Assembly (NCBI RefSeq): GCF_036321535.1
Contig: NC_087436.1
Location: 71,550,001 to 71,614,000, forward strand
Origin: Camelus dromedarius
Taxonomy: Eukaryota
Direction: 5' to 3'
Length of the DNA stretch: 64,000 nt
A program made the position numbers and the translations under genes. The notes below the pieces were generated by a model. That model was not told the DNA's origin and made no database searches. It saw nothing but the letters and a program-made list of their open reading frames with translations. This document shows positions 39,098 through 51,229 of this stretch, in pieces (within the stretch, counting starts at the first letter, position 1; every line of letters begins with the position of its first letter).

Positions 39098-39549
39098 AAT
39101 GACAATGCCCAAAAATGAGTAAAATAAATGCTACAAGAAAAGGTACACAGTGTTAAAAAGGCAGGCTAAAGATAGGTCTGTCCAGATCAGTTTGGTCCAT
39201 CAAAAGTTCTTTTAGCCCCTACTAAGTTCCAGGACTATGCCAGGTTCTAAGTATATGAAGAAGACATGGGCCTGCCTAGAAGAGCACACGGGCTAGTAGA
39301 GAAAAGGGATCTGTGTATATACTACTTACAGAAAGATGCATTTACAAATCATGTACAAATACAAAATGTGCCAGGTATAAAATTAGGCACCATCATTTTA
39401 AAATTAAGATTACAAATAAATATGTTACTGGTCAGTTCCTGAGAAAATTCCCAAGAATTACAAACTCTTACTCATTAACATGCCTTCTAGATAGATGTTT
39501 TTATTTCCCTATTACCCAACAATATGCATTCCTCTGCAAAAATTAGTCA

Positions 39550-39730
39550 CTTTTAGGAATGGATGAACCTTGAGAGGTCATCTCTAATCTCATGCACTCT
39601 TATCCTTTCTGTCTTAACATACCAGACAGATGAGAAAATTCTACTTCTGTAGGCAGCTAAGGGATGGGATTTCACAATCTCACTTAGTAGCCCATCCCAA
39701 AGTCAAACCATCCACTGGGTCAGCCAGCTT
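39550..39730 (-). mobile_element. CR1/L3 3' fragment
   Basis: accttgagaggtcatct...gatgggatttcacaatctcacttagtagcccatccc. Confidence 0.5.
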
Positions 39731-39800
39731 TCTCTCCCATGTTATTTTAAGGGCCAATATTTCATTCTTTCTAGAGAAGGGAAGTCTAGGCTTTTGACAT

Positions 39801-39843
39801 CAGATAGATATAGATAGCTAGCTAGCTAGATAGATAGACAGAT
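39801..39843. repeat. (GATA)n/(GCTA)n microsatellite
   Basis: Direct observation. Confidence 0.9.
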
Positions 39844-40559
39844 AATATATATAATTATATATATATTATGTTTAAATGTATACTTATATGTAAATATAAA
39901 CATATAAATATACTACAGGGGTTGAAATATCCTCAGCAATCTCAAAGATTTGTTCAAAACCTTTGATTTCCAGGTATCCTAACTACTTGTTGCCATCACC
40001 TTTACCTGCAGAACACAGACTAATGGCCATAGATCAGTGCATTGAAAAACAAAACAAAACTGGTGCCTACAAAGTGTTGGGACTTATACTAGGCATTTCC
40101 ACATTGAGCATCCCACCTAATTCTTACAACATAATCAGAAAAAATATTATTATATATGTTCTTTGGAGGATGTCTTCCTATTCCATGGAGGATATTTTTC
40201 TCCACAGAATAGCTCTAATAATTTATTTTTATGACTAAGATTAATAGCATTATTTTTCATAAACAACTTTATTTTCCCCAAAGACAGAAATGAGATTTGA
40301 GCTTTACTTTGAAAAGGCATACATTGTGACACTGGTGATAAGGACGGAAACTTAATATTCTCTATTACGCAGTTGAGAAATTCTTCCTAGAGCTCATTTT
40401 CCCAGGTAAACACCTGGCAAGCACACACTTTCTTCTCCTTCTTCCATCAGAGGCTATCTTTTTGCTGTGTGAGACAAAATTAAACCCAACACTCTCTAGT
40501 TGGTTCTTAAATAGCATCTTACAAGATGTGCACCACAATTTCTCAGTGGTTTATGTAAT

Positions 40560-41080
40560 ATTCTTAGAATGTATATTAGCATGTCAAAATTTTTAAAATA
40601 GAGTCAGGCTTTTTCCAACAGAAAGTAAATCCAATTTGCTTAATTTGAACATAAAGATGACCTTGCAATTTAGGTTTTTGACAAATATGTTTTATAAGTT
40701 GAATGAGCTAAATTTGCAACTTCAATATTTTTGAGAAAAACATACTTAAGGCAATGTTCAAATATAAAAATATTATATAAAAATGTTAAATTGGCAAAGA
40801 TGCATTGAAAATTCTATTCCAAATTTTCCACTTTTTTAATATACTGGATTAAACAAGGAGCTTCTAAGTTAAAAAGCAGCACATATTACCAGTTATTATT
40901 TGTTAAATCTTGGTAAAGCATTTTTGGGTATGGTTCCCAGAAACTAAGAAAGTAAATCATTCTAAAGATTGAGTAACAAATGCTTTTGCAAGTCAAATGA
41001 CTTCCTGTTCTTTGCTTTTAACTAAAATTAAAGATGTAAGCTAATAAATTATTAAATATAATTTTTCATGATAGATTTAG
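40560..41080 (+). mobile_element. hAT-Charlie transposase coding remnant
   Basis: 40675-40725 translates FLTNMFYKLNELNLQLQ, like the Charlie/Buster LAYLxDIFxxLNELNLxLQ motif; downstream D*VTNAF resembles the WIRNPF motif. Confidence 0.7.
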
Positions 41081-41086
41081 AATGGA

Positions 41087-41662
41087 TATTAGTTATCTAT
41101 TGCTGAATAATAAATTTCCTTAAAACTTAGTAGATCAAGACAGCACACATTCCTTAGTTCACAGTTTCTATGGTTCAGGAGTCCAACCATGGCTTAGTTA
41201 GGTCCTACAGGTAAAGTTATGTCAAGAAGCTGCAATAAATGTGTCAGTAATACTAATGTCAGCTCAAAGTTCAGCTGGGGTAGAATCCACCTCCATGCTC
41301 ATTTAACAATTATTGGCAAGATGTAGTTTCTTGCAGGCTCTTGGGCTGAAGGCCTCTGCTCTTCAATGGCTGTAGGCCAGAGGCTGCTTCAGTTCCTTGT
41401 CACATGAGCCACTCCATAGGATACCTCTTAACATGGCAACTGGCTTCATTACAGGGAGCAGGTGAGAGAGTGGGAGAGTGTCAGATGGAAAAAGTCAGTC
41501 TTTTATAGCCTGATCTCAGAAGTGATTCCTATTACTTTTGTCATTCTACACATTAGGAACAAGTCACTAGGTCTAGCCTGCTCTTGAGAGGAAGGGACTA
41601 CATAAGAGTGTAAATGCCGGGAGGTAGGGTCAGTGGCATCATATCAAAGGCTGCCTACTACA
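41087..41662 (-). mobile_element. MaLR LTR (MLT1F/G-like)
   Basis: tattagttatctattgctgaataataaatttccttaaaacttagt...aaggctgcctactaca. Confidence 0.8.
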
Positions 41663-42521
41663 GATTGGTTTCTGTTGCTTTTAACATAAAGAGTTCTAAT
41701 TGAGTTTGTTGTGAAGTTTTGATGCTATTAAGTTGGCATTATGATCACTAAAATGTAGGAATACCAGAATTCTAACAGAGCAACCCCTTTCCTGAAATTT
41801 CATGCATGAGGGACAGTAACAACAACAAAAAGGCAATGCAAACCTTTTTTATTAACTGAACTTGAGCTAGAAACCCCTACACACACAAACACACACACAT
41901 ACACAAAGTTAAGTGTAAGCCTGTGGTGTTGCCTAATAATCACTCCTAATTAAAAATCCTAACATTATTAAGGGCAGGCCACATAGGAAGAAAGGAAACT
42001 GAAGAGATAAAAGTGCCTGAGAATAAACATGAGAATACCCAAATTTATACATGCTTAAATCCAGAAAGCAATGGAGGAAATGAGTCCTATCAATAAAGAA
42101 AGTTTTAAGAGGACATTTGAAAGAGTGTGAACTGAAGCCAAACATAAATGTGATAATATGACTGCTTGTCGGCCTTGATGGAAGCAAAACAGAATCTGCT
42201 TCTTGTCAACTTAAATTATGTATGCAAAATCAATCAATCAATCACGTATGCACCATTCTCAACTTCATAATAATGGAAAGTAACACCTCACTTATCCAGA
42301 TGTTAATTATCCAGCAAATTGAAGTCACTGAAACTTAGCTAAATGCCAGAAAGAGAAATATTGCAGAACAGCCTCCATTAATGCACAAGGTCCATGTACA
42401 TTACTAAGGAAAGACTCTCAGGTTCTTAAAGTTGTTTAAGTGCACGGAAGCTTAGAAAATAAGATAGTGAGGAGTGAGTTAAAGGATGTACCTCTATAGT
42501 ACTCATAGGAAAGGACAGAGT

Positions 42522-42650
42522 GGGGAGGGTAATAGCTCAGTGGTAAAGCACATGCTTAGCATACGTGAAGTCCTGGGTTCAACCTCCAGTACCTCCATTA
42601 AAGGAGAAAAAAAAAAAGAAGAGAAGAGAAGTAAAGAAAAGAAAAAAGAA
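42522..42650 (+). mobile_element. tRNA-derived camelid SINE (Vic-1 type)
   Basis: ggggagggtaatagctcagtggtaaagcacatgcttagcatacgtgaagtcctgggttcaacctccagtacctccattaaa plus A/GA-rich tail. Confidence 0.92.
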
Positions 42651-45600
42651 AGTGGGAATGATGGATACACAGAGACTAAACCACATTCCTACTCTGGAAC
42701 TTCTAGCAGGGAGAGACATTAAAGAAAGAAAGAATGTATCAGGGAGTATAAGTACTTACAAGGGAATTCAACAAATAACATCTCTCTATTCTGTTCCAAG
42801 AAAATTGAAAAATCAGACAAAAGTGAAAGATTGATAATAGATCAAATGTCACCTTCATTACTGACAAAGGCTAAGTTGGGGCATGTGCCTGACAAGGCAG
42901 TTAATCAGTAATTCTGAACTCCTAAATTGGACAGGCTTTTCCACTGTCACTGACAAGCCTAGACAAGAGAGGACATCCTCTTATGGGGAACAGCCTGGGC
43001 TAAGACTTACAGCATGTCTTATCAGGAAGAAGCTAACTGCTCAGGAGAGAAATGGAGGAGCTGAACCCCAAACATAGTTTATTCTTCCCAAATCTTTAAA
43101 TTAGGTAAGTCAGTTCTTCGTCCTTAGGTATGCCATGAGCAAAAGACACTATTAGTATTACACTGATTTAACTCCCTCAACAGGGAAGAAGAAGCACTTA
43201 AACTCGCTTCATCAACATTCACCAGCTTTTGATTTTTAATCCATTGGCTTAACCATTAAGTCTATGATTAATCATGGGACTACACTCAGAGTAGAGGAAA
43301 GAAATTTATTAGAATAGCCCTGCTGTTGTCTTCTTGAGGAAACTCCTCCCACACCATTCACTTCTTTTTGGAAGACATTCTTGGAAGGTTTAGAATTTGC
43401 TCCCAGAAGACCCTAAAATGGAAAAACCCTAAAATATTTACACCAACCCCAAGGTCACTCTATACCAAGGTTGGCAACCTATTTCTCATGCTTAACTGTG
43501 ATAAGCCACATTGTCCAAAAGAGCATATCAGAAATTCTTTAGTAAAAGTACACAATTTCTTAAGGCTCTCTACAATAACATGCCCACATAAGGATGCCCC
43601 ATAATTAGATATAAACTCTCTTCTGTTATGTAATGTTAGAGAAATATTAAAAGTTCAAAGATTAAATCTCTGCAACTTAATGTTCAAAAGGATTAAAATT
43701 CAACAGAATCAAATACTCTTGCCCTTGTAAGCTAAAGGTCAAAAAAATTCGGATCCAAAATTTTTCCAAAAAAGTCTCTTACTCTGCTCCAAAAGTGTTC
43801 TTGTTGCCAGGGTGAAGCTGGGGGTCCTATAATCAGCTGCAGTGTGTGTTGTCTCTCACAGGAAGAGAGTGGTTGCCTTGGGGCCACACGAGTGCAATGC
43901 CAAGTCTTTGATGTCCTTCCTTTATTATAGAGTCCAAAAAGTTAATTGGATACATAAGTGCGTCACAGCACTAGCCAGCACCCACTAAATCAGAAAATAA
44001 ATAAATACCCCCAAAACTGTTATCTAAGGAAAAACGACGTTTCTTAAATGAAATGTTTAGTGTTGCAGAGACTCAATGTTATTTTTATTAAAAAATGAGG
44101 ACAGGTAGTTTTGCCAGAATGTCAGTCAGTCTAAACCCAGTGCCCAGAGCCCAAGACCTGTGGGCTTTCCTTAGGTTGGGAGAACTATTCCAGTAAGAGG
44201 TTAATGTTGTCATCAAACATTTAACATACGAAGGAGGGAGGAATCTACCGGACTCCTGTATCCTGTCTCTCCTTTCAGTATGTGACATTGAGAAGTTGCT
44301 GTCTTCTTACAAGGTTGAGATTTTACATTGGTGAGAGCACCAATCACCAGTCCTCATATTTCCTATGTGCTTGTCTAATTTCCATTTCCCTTGAGCTCCT
44401 CATTATGGCACCCAGTCAGTGAAAGGAGTGTGGTCTCTCTATCCAGGATCATGATGTTTACACTCCACTGAAATCTGATATTTTTTGGTTCTAGGCTACA
44501 ATGTCTGTTTCCTCTACTCATCAAGAGATTGTTTAGATCTAAAAACCCTGCCTCCTGTCCATTTCTGTCTCATACAAAATTAACCAATCAAGAACCAACT
44601 TGAGACCATGTGGTGAGAAGGAACTCTTGAGCCTATGGAAACAGCCCACAAATCCAAACTCAGTTTTCCACAGTCCCTTCCTCAGGAATTCGGAATGGAA
44701 TTTGGGGCCATGAATGTGGTTCTGAACACTGGGGCCAGCACTGATGATTAAAACTAGACCCCAGCAATGCCCTGTAGTATACATAAGACTTAGCTGCCTT
44801 AATGTTTAAAGGCAATGAGTGAATATGTTGCCCTCCCCTAATGTCACAGAAGACTGTATATGGAAAGCCGCTCCCACCTATTATCAGATTTTGCCTCAGC
44901 ACGTCTGAGGCAAGCTGCATCCACAGATCTGGAAGTCCTCACACTTGCCAAGGTCTGCACCTTGGGAAGGCCTAGACATCCTGCACCTATGCTTCCTGCT
45001 TCTGTGAGGGTTGCCCACCCAGTCAGCATTTGCTGAGGCCTAAGAGACCCCTGTGCCCTTGCTGAGACCCAAGCAGGCCTGGCTCTCTGAGGTCCAGAAT
45101 CCATAGTCCTCACTCTAAGAGAGTGGACTATGGAAACATCTGTCCATGAGGTAGTCATCACTAAGGATAAAATATTACATGGTCTAAGGCTCAAACCTCT
45201 CACCCAAGCCACAGTAGTTAAAAACTACCCAAATATAATTCTCTACAAATAGCTAAGGTCAGTATATCTTACCCCCCACAATAAAATCCCAAACCAAAAG
45301 CTGCATACTCTCACCACACCAGAATCCTCAGTGGTTTACATATTATTGTATTTCCCCAGCTTCCAGTCTTTTCTTTACTTCCTCAGTGCATCAACCATTA
45401 CGGTCTCAAGGAGTCCGGCAAATAGCACCCCTTTTCTCTAAGTTTTGAACAAATTGATGACATAGCATAAAGAGCTCAAAATAGCACCTTTGTTGCTGAT
45501 AAAGGCTAAGTAAGAGGATCTGGATAAAAAGGCCAAGATGTCATTGCACCTCAGATTGAGGCAAGCTTACCATGCAGTCACAGACACACCAGGTGGAACA

Positions 45601-45829
45601 GATCCCCTCAGCTGCTCCTGAGGGAGACAGACCTCCAGGAGGAGAAAAAAGCAAATGAGCACTGAGCCAAAAACACCCAGTTTCTTCTTACCAGATATGC
45701 CAATCAGGTAAGTCATCTTACTTCCCCGGGGTGGTAGGGTGGAGTGAACAAAGAGGCCAAGAGTTTTACCCTAATTGTGCTCCCTCCATATTGAAGAAAA
45801 CACCTAGAAGTGGCTAGAACAAGGCAACA

Positions 45830-47040
45830 GCAAATGGAACAGAGAAAAAGCAACCATGTAAGTGTGTAACTGATAGAGAATGAGAGTTGGCTAGTTTATG
45901 TTAAGATGGTATTTGCAACAGACCAGATCAAATGAGGAAGCAAGCCATGTGGTTTCCGGGAGAAGGCAGAGAGAACAAGAGAAGGAGAGGCCCTGAGGAA
46001 GAAGCATGCTTGATACGTCAGGGCAGCAGTTCTTGACCAGGGTCTGTTTTGCCCCCTACCCCAAGAAGACATTTGGCAATGTCTGGAGATATTTATTATT
46101 GTCACGGCATGGGGATGTTACTGCCATCTACTGAGTAGAGGCCAGGGATGCTACAAAACATCTTACAATGTTTAGGACAAACCCTCCCTAACAAAGTATA
46201 TGCCAATAGTATCAAGACTGAGAAACCCTGTATTAGGAGCACACAGAGAAAGTCAGTGATGAAACAGAGTAAGTCAGTGGAAGAGAGACTGAAGATGAAA
46301 TCAGAGAGGAAGTAGAGGCCAAGGCCACGTGGGACCTTGTAGATCATGATAAGGACTTTGGATTTTACTCTGAAGGAGTTGCAAAGCCATTGGAGAGTTT
46401 TAACCAGAAAGGTGACATAGTGTGATTATATTTTTAAAGAATCCCTATAACCACCAGGTAGAGAATGTGTGCTGGGGAGGCAAGGATGGAAGCAGGGAGA
46501 GGCTACTGAACTCCAAATGAGAGGCAATGATGGTCGTGGTGGAAGTGGTGAGACATGGTGTATTTCTGAATATATTCTGAAGATAGAGTGAAAAGAGCTT
46601 ACTGATGACTTGAATATATGGAGTGAGACAAAGAAGTCAAAGATGACCAAATTTTTTGGTCTAAGCAACAGGATAAATGGAAATCTCACTTGTTGAAATA
46701 AAAATGACTGCAAGAGGAAAAACTTTTAGAAGGAAAATGAGGGTTTTATTTGGAGATATCAGGTTTGAGATGCTCAAATAGACAACCAAGTGAACTGTAT
46801 AATTATATATAAGAAGTCCAGAGAGAGGTTCTGACTGTGATATTTAAAGTATTTAAAGCCATGAAGTTAGGGAGCTCACCTGAGCACCAACTATGGAAAG
46901 AGAAGACTAGATATGCAAGGATTGAGCCCAGGGTACTCAAAAGTTTAGGACTTAAGGAAAATGAGAAGGAATCGACAAGGGAGACAGAGAAGCCACTAAA
47001 ATAGGAATAAAACAAAGAGACTGTTGTCTTGGAAACAAAT
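45830..47040 (-). mobile_element. L2 element interrupted by MER20
   Basis: gaccttgtagatcatgataaggactttggattttactctga...aagccattggagagtttt...gagactgttgtcttggaa. Confidence 0.85.
46024..46230. mobile_element. MER20 (hAT-Charlie MITE)
   Basis: cagcagttcttgacc...gacatttggcaatgtctggagat...gagaaaccctg; CAG...CTG termini. Confidence 0.88.
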
Positions 47041-47328
47041 GGTATTTATAATCATGACTTTAAGTCATTTATAAAAAGGTAGAATATTATTCAGTATGCT
47101 CTTTTTGAGATGTGACAGTAGGGTCAGCTAAAATGCATAATACATTTTAACAAGATATCCACTAAAATATAATTTAAATAGGCTTTGTAAGTTTTACCAG
47201 TAATTTTTAAAATTCATGTAGGATAAATACTGGGCTTACCAGACAGCACTCATGCACTACGGGTGCACAGGACAAAAACGCCTTGTTCTCATTTGGCTTT
47301 CATCTCACACTGTTGTTGCTTTAGCATG

Positions 47329-47780
47329 CTGTATTTCACTGATTTTCAAAATATACATTTTTAACATTTTAACAGCTCTAAAATCAGGATGTGTCTCAAT
47401 ACTGAGGTGATAAGAAACTTGGTGTTTCAATTGGCAGTGATTTTTTTCTTTTATAGTGTATTACAAAATAAAAATATAAAAATAAACTAGGAATTTGGGA
47501 CTAAGATACTACTATGTATAAAATAGATAAACAACAAGGATCTACTGTATAGCACAGGGAATTATATTCAATATCTTGTAATAACCTGTAACAGAAAAGA
47601 ATCTGAAAAAGCTAGATAGCTAGGTAGATAGATAGATAGATAGAAAGAACTGAATCACTTTGCTGTATTCCCGAAATTAACACGACATTGTAAATCAACT
47701 ATACTTTAGTGAAAAAGTAAATAAATATAAAAATAAAGGTGTATTATATAATCAGAAGATCATAAATTTGATAATATATG
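47329..47780. mobile_element. MER104-like Tc2/mariner MITE, split by an L1 insertion
   Basis: ctgtatttcactgatttt...cattttaacagctctaaaatcaggatgtgtctc; right end aaatttgataatatatg. Confidence 0.6.
47487..47722 (+). mobile_element. Short LINE-1 3' insertion
   Basis: ataaaatagataaacaacaaggatctactgtatagcacaggga; internal (GATA)n; 15-bp TSD aaatataaaaataaa (47472-47486, 47723-47737). Confidence 0.88.
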
Positions 47781-48239
47781 TAGATAGTTTCTCAGGACTA
47801 TAACTAAGCTCAGATATCCATATAGTAAACAGTTGAATAAAGACAAGAAACCAAGTCAACCTTAGCCTACTCCCTTTGTATTAGGCGTACAACCATCACC
47901 CCCTAGAGGCTAAGAGGATTCTCACCACTCAGGCTAGCATCTGCAGGCACAGAGCTGGGAGGGACGTTATCAGGAACCCCTCACATTTTCTCTTAAGTTT
48001 GTCTTGTGGCTTCAGCAGCCCAGAAGAAATGCATTAGCAGGAAATGAGGCAAATCAATAGTTTTCCTATGTGAAAAGAGTATCAGGGAATAACTCCCTGC
48101 CCCACCCATAACCCTTCACAAAGCCAGATTTTTGCATAAAATTAATAAGCCATTGCCTTAGTTCAGTCCAGCATCACCCCTCATGTGAAGTACCATAGAG
48201 CTTTCTAAACGAACATCGCACTCCCAGATTTTTACTACT

Positions 48240-48508
48240 CCTAACACACATTTAATCCATCAGCAAATCCTGTACTATTTACGTTCAAAATATCTCCAGA
48301 ATCCCATAGCTTCTCACTTTCTTGCCATCACTCTTTGTTGCAATAATACCCTAACCTGTTCTCCTCCCTCTACCTTTGTTTCCTTATGGTTAATTCTCAA
48401 CACAGACCCAGAGTGATCCTTTTCAAATGTAAGACTGTGCCACCCTTCTGCCCTGAACCCTTTGACAGCATCTTATGTCCTCAAAATAAAAGACAAAGTC
48501 CTTACAAT
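48240..48508 (+). mobile_element. L2 fragment
   Basis: aatccatcagcaaatcctg...ttctcaacacagacccagagtgatccttttcaaatgtaag. Confidence 0.75.
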
Positions 48509-48622
48509 GGGGTCAGAAAATTATAATCTACCTGTTTTTATATAAAAATTTTTTTTAACACAGCCACACTCCATCCATTGCCATATTGTCTACTGGTCTT
48601 TTCATTGCTACAACAGCAGTGC
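48509..48622. mobile_element. MER58-like hAT fragment
   Basis: ggggtcag...acctgtttttatataaaa...aacacagccacac...tgctacaacagcag. Confidence 0.6.
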
Positions 48623-49164
48623 CATAAGCTGGTTATTCATTTACTGATAATGTTATGAATACGATGCAATAAGATACAGCACTTGATTCATCTCAATTTC
48701 AGGGGAGCTAATGCTTATGAGAAAATAAATCCAAATGAGATAAAACCTAGGCTTTTCAGGAGCTGTGCATTAGTGGGGGTGGTCATACTTCAGGCATGGG
48801 GAAGTGCATGGGAAGTGTGTGCATGAGCATGAACGGTGAGTTGGCTCTTCAGGGAACAGGGGAGGAGGAGTAGATGTAGAGACAAATGTAGCTAAGAAAG
48901 TAAGAGAGCTTGTTAGCAGCTGCTATGAATGCAATGAAATCTGGAGAGACAATGGAACAAATCACTAGAAATACTCTAGACTGTTTCTCTGAAGCTTCTT
49001 ATGTATTAGTCTCTATGGAATCTCTGGGCCAGTTTCTTTATGAAAATGACACCAAAGCCCTACATCATTCATCAAGGATTCCAGAACTGGACTTATATTT
49101 CCTTTGATTTAATTCCATGTAAAGATCAAGCCACATGGTACATCAACTTTTATTTATGTTACAT

Positions 49165-49345
49165 TTGCCAACATTTTTTGAAGGCTAACTATGTACCAGG
49201 AACTGCTGTCTGTGCTTTGCATGAATTATCCAATTAAATCCTCCCCCAAATTAGCAATTTAGGGATTATCAGCTTCCTCATTTTCACAGATAAGGAAACT
49301 GGGGCTTGAGGAGATAAATAAATGTGCTCGAGGTCACAATTTACC
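49165..49345 (-). mobile_element. MIR
   Basis: ctatgtaccagg...ctcattttcacagataaggaaactggggct. Confidence 0.7.
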
Positions 49346-51229
49346 AACTGGTTATACAACCAAAATCTGGCTAACTGACTAGAAGTACTGAGAGTATGGA
49401 TGTAAGACTTGTTTCCTGAGCAAGGATCTCACAACATAGTGGGGAAGACAAGGCATGGGTGTTGCAATGAGACAGAGGAGTGACTAGCATATCCCCTGGG
49501 AGCTCACAGTCTTACCTGGCTTCACACCCTCTCAGTGAATGACCTCCTCCCCACCTGGGGACTCCAAAACTTTCCCTCTAGTAACATCTTCGAGTGGCTT
49601 GCTGAGGACAAGGGTTGTATTTTATTCATCTTTGTTTTCATATGTCTAGAACAGCCCCTGACAAATAGTTGGTTTTTATTAAATATGTGTTGAATTCTAA
49701 GACCTAGAAGAATATTTTAATTTATCTGCTTTTCTGGGTCAAAGAGTAGTATTTATAATAGCATTAAGAAGGAGCCTAAACTGCTCATCATAGGTCACTC
49801 CTTTGGATAGAGTTGCAGAAAATTATTGCTTAAATTATAATATTACCTAAGAGGGATAACACGTTGAACAATAATCAGTCACTGACACTATCATCGAAAT
49901 AGAATTTTTAGTTTTTTCATTAGAGTCTAAAAGAGCCTCAGGGGAAATGACACAGGATGAGTGATTATGATGAAAGATGAAGCCTCTGGGTAATGGGAAA
50001 GGAGAGACAAGCTTGGCAAAGGAAGAAGAAAGAAGTTTAGGAAACTTATTTGATCAATTCACTACTTTACCTGTGACTTTATTGTTTCTTGTTCCATATA
50101 ATTATCATGTCTTTAAAGACAGGACAGAAATTCTCTAACAAATGAAACTGCAAACCATCAATTTCCCTTCCCCGTAAGATTTAGTCTAACTCTATTAAAC
50201 TTCAGCCTTTGACATAAAATATATTATCTAACCTTCCTCTCTTAGCCTCCACCAAGAAACCAAAGTAGCTCTCAGAATTGTGCATTCCCACCGGTACTGG
50301 TGCTCTGTAACTCCTTTTGAGGGAAAACAGCAACAACCTCCCCTACACTCCACCTTCCTGGATTTATTTTCCTTATTGTTCAAGAGCTGGACCCCTCCAA
50401 TCTATAAGTAAAAGAGTATTATAAGCTACACACTACCCAGAACTTGTTTGCCAAAAAGTCTGGTTTTATTGTTGGAAATTGGTAGGTTATCCCTCTACAT
50501 GCACATCTAATTCTTCCTCAAAAGACCACTGTTCTCAAACAGACACTGTTTCACAAGTAGCATCTAGGGCATTGCTATTGCCTTCTGGTTAAATTAAAAG
50601 TCATGTTATCCAATCCCCAGACAATCACATGAATAATACCTTATAAGAAAGAAAGTCTGCCAGGAATATATTCTGGATTCTGGTACTAGGATATTTGGCA
50701 AAAGCTTGGACTTGTGGTGAAACTGGGAATGAAATATGAATAGTATTTGACTTTTGGCCATGTGAAGCCTAGGAAATTGATCCCAGAATCTCCAACTATT
50801 ACAAGCATACCTGAGATGGGTGGAAAAGCCCAGGCAAGTACAGACTGGTAAAGCCAGAGCTGTGTTTAGTGTCCACTTGATCAATTTCACTAATACCATT
50901 GCTTGCCTGCTTATCAAGGCACCTACCCAGTTTATCCCAAAGGCTAAGATAACAGAGCTCATCGAAAATTCATCCTGAAATATGTCCTATTTGAGAACTT
51001 GTCAAATCTCTGCTTTTTTTCACTCAGATTATTAAAATGTATCTTTTTCCTTCTCTTTCCAGCTCCAATTTTTCTTGAGGTTTAGTCCAAGTAAGCATTT
51101 TCTAAGGTTTCAGGGGAACATTTTCTCACTAAATTCAGACCATTTTGCACATAGGAAAAGAGGTTAAATATAAAACACTGGGTCTCATCTTGTGCTTTAT
51201 TTGGTTTCATGGCTGCCTGTGATAAGACA

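Noticed and set aside
42278..42450. Possible Tigger-like terminal repeat (gtaacacctcacttatccag)
   Set aside because: No matching second TIR identified; too weak to call.
44844..45212. 122-aa minus-strand ORF
   Set aside because: Non-ATG start, no recognisable domain; expected by chance in a GC-richer segment.
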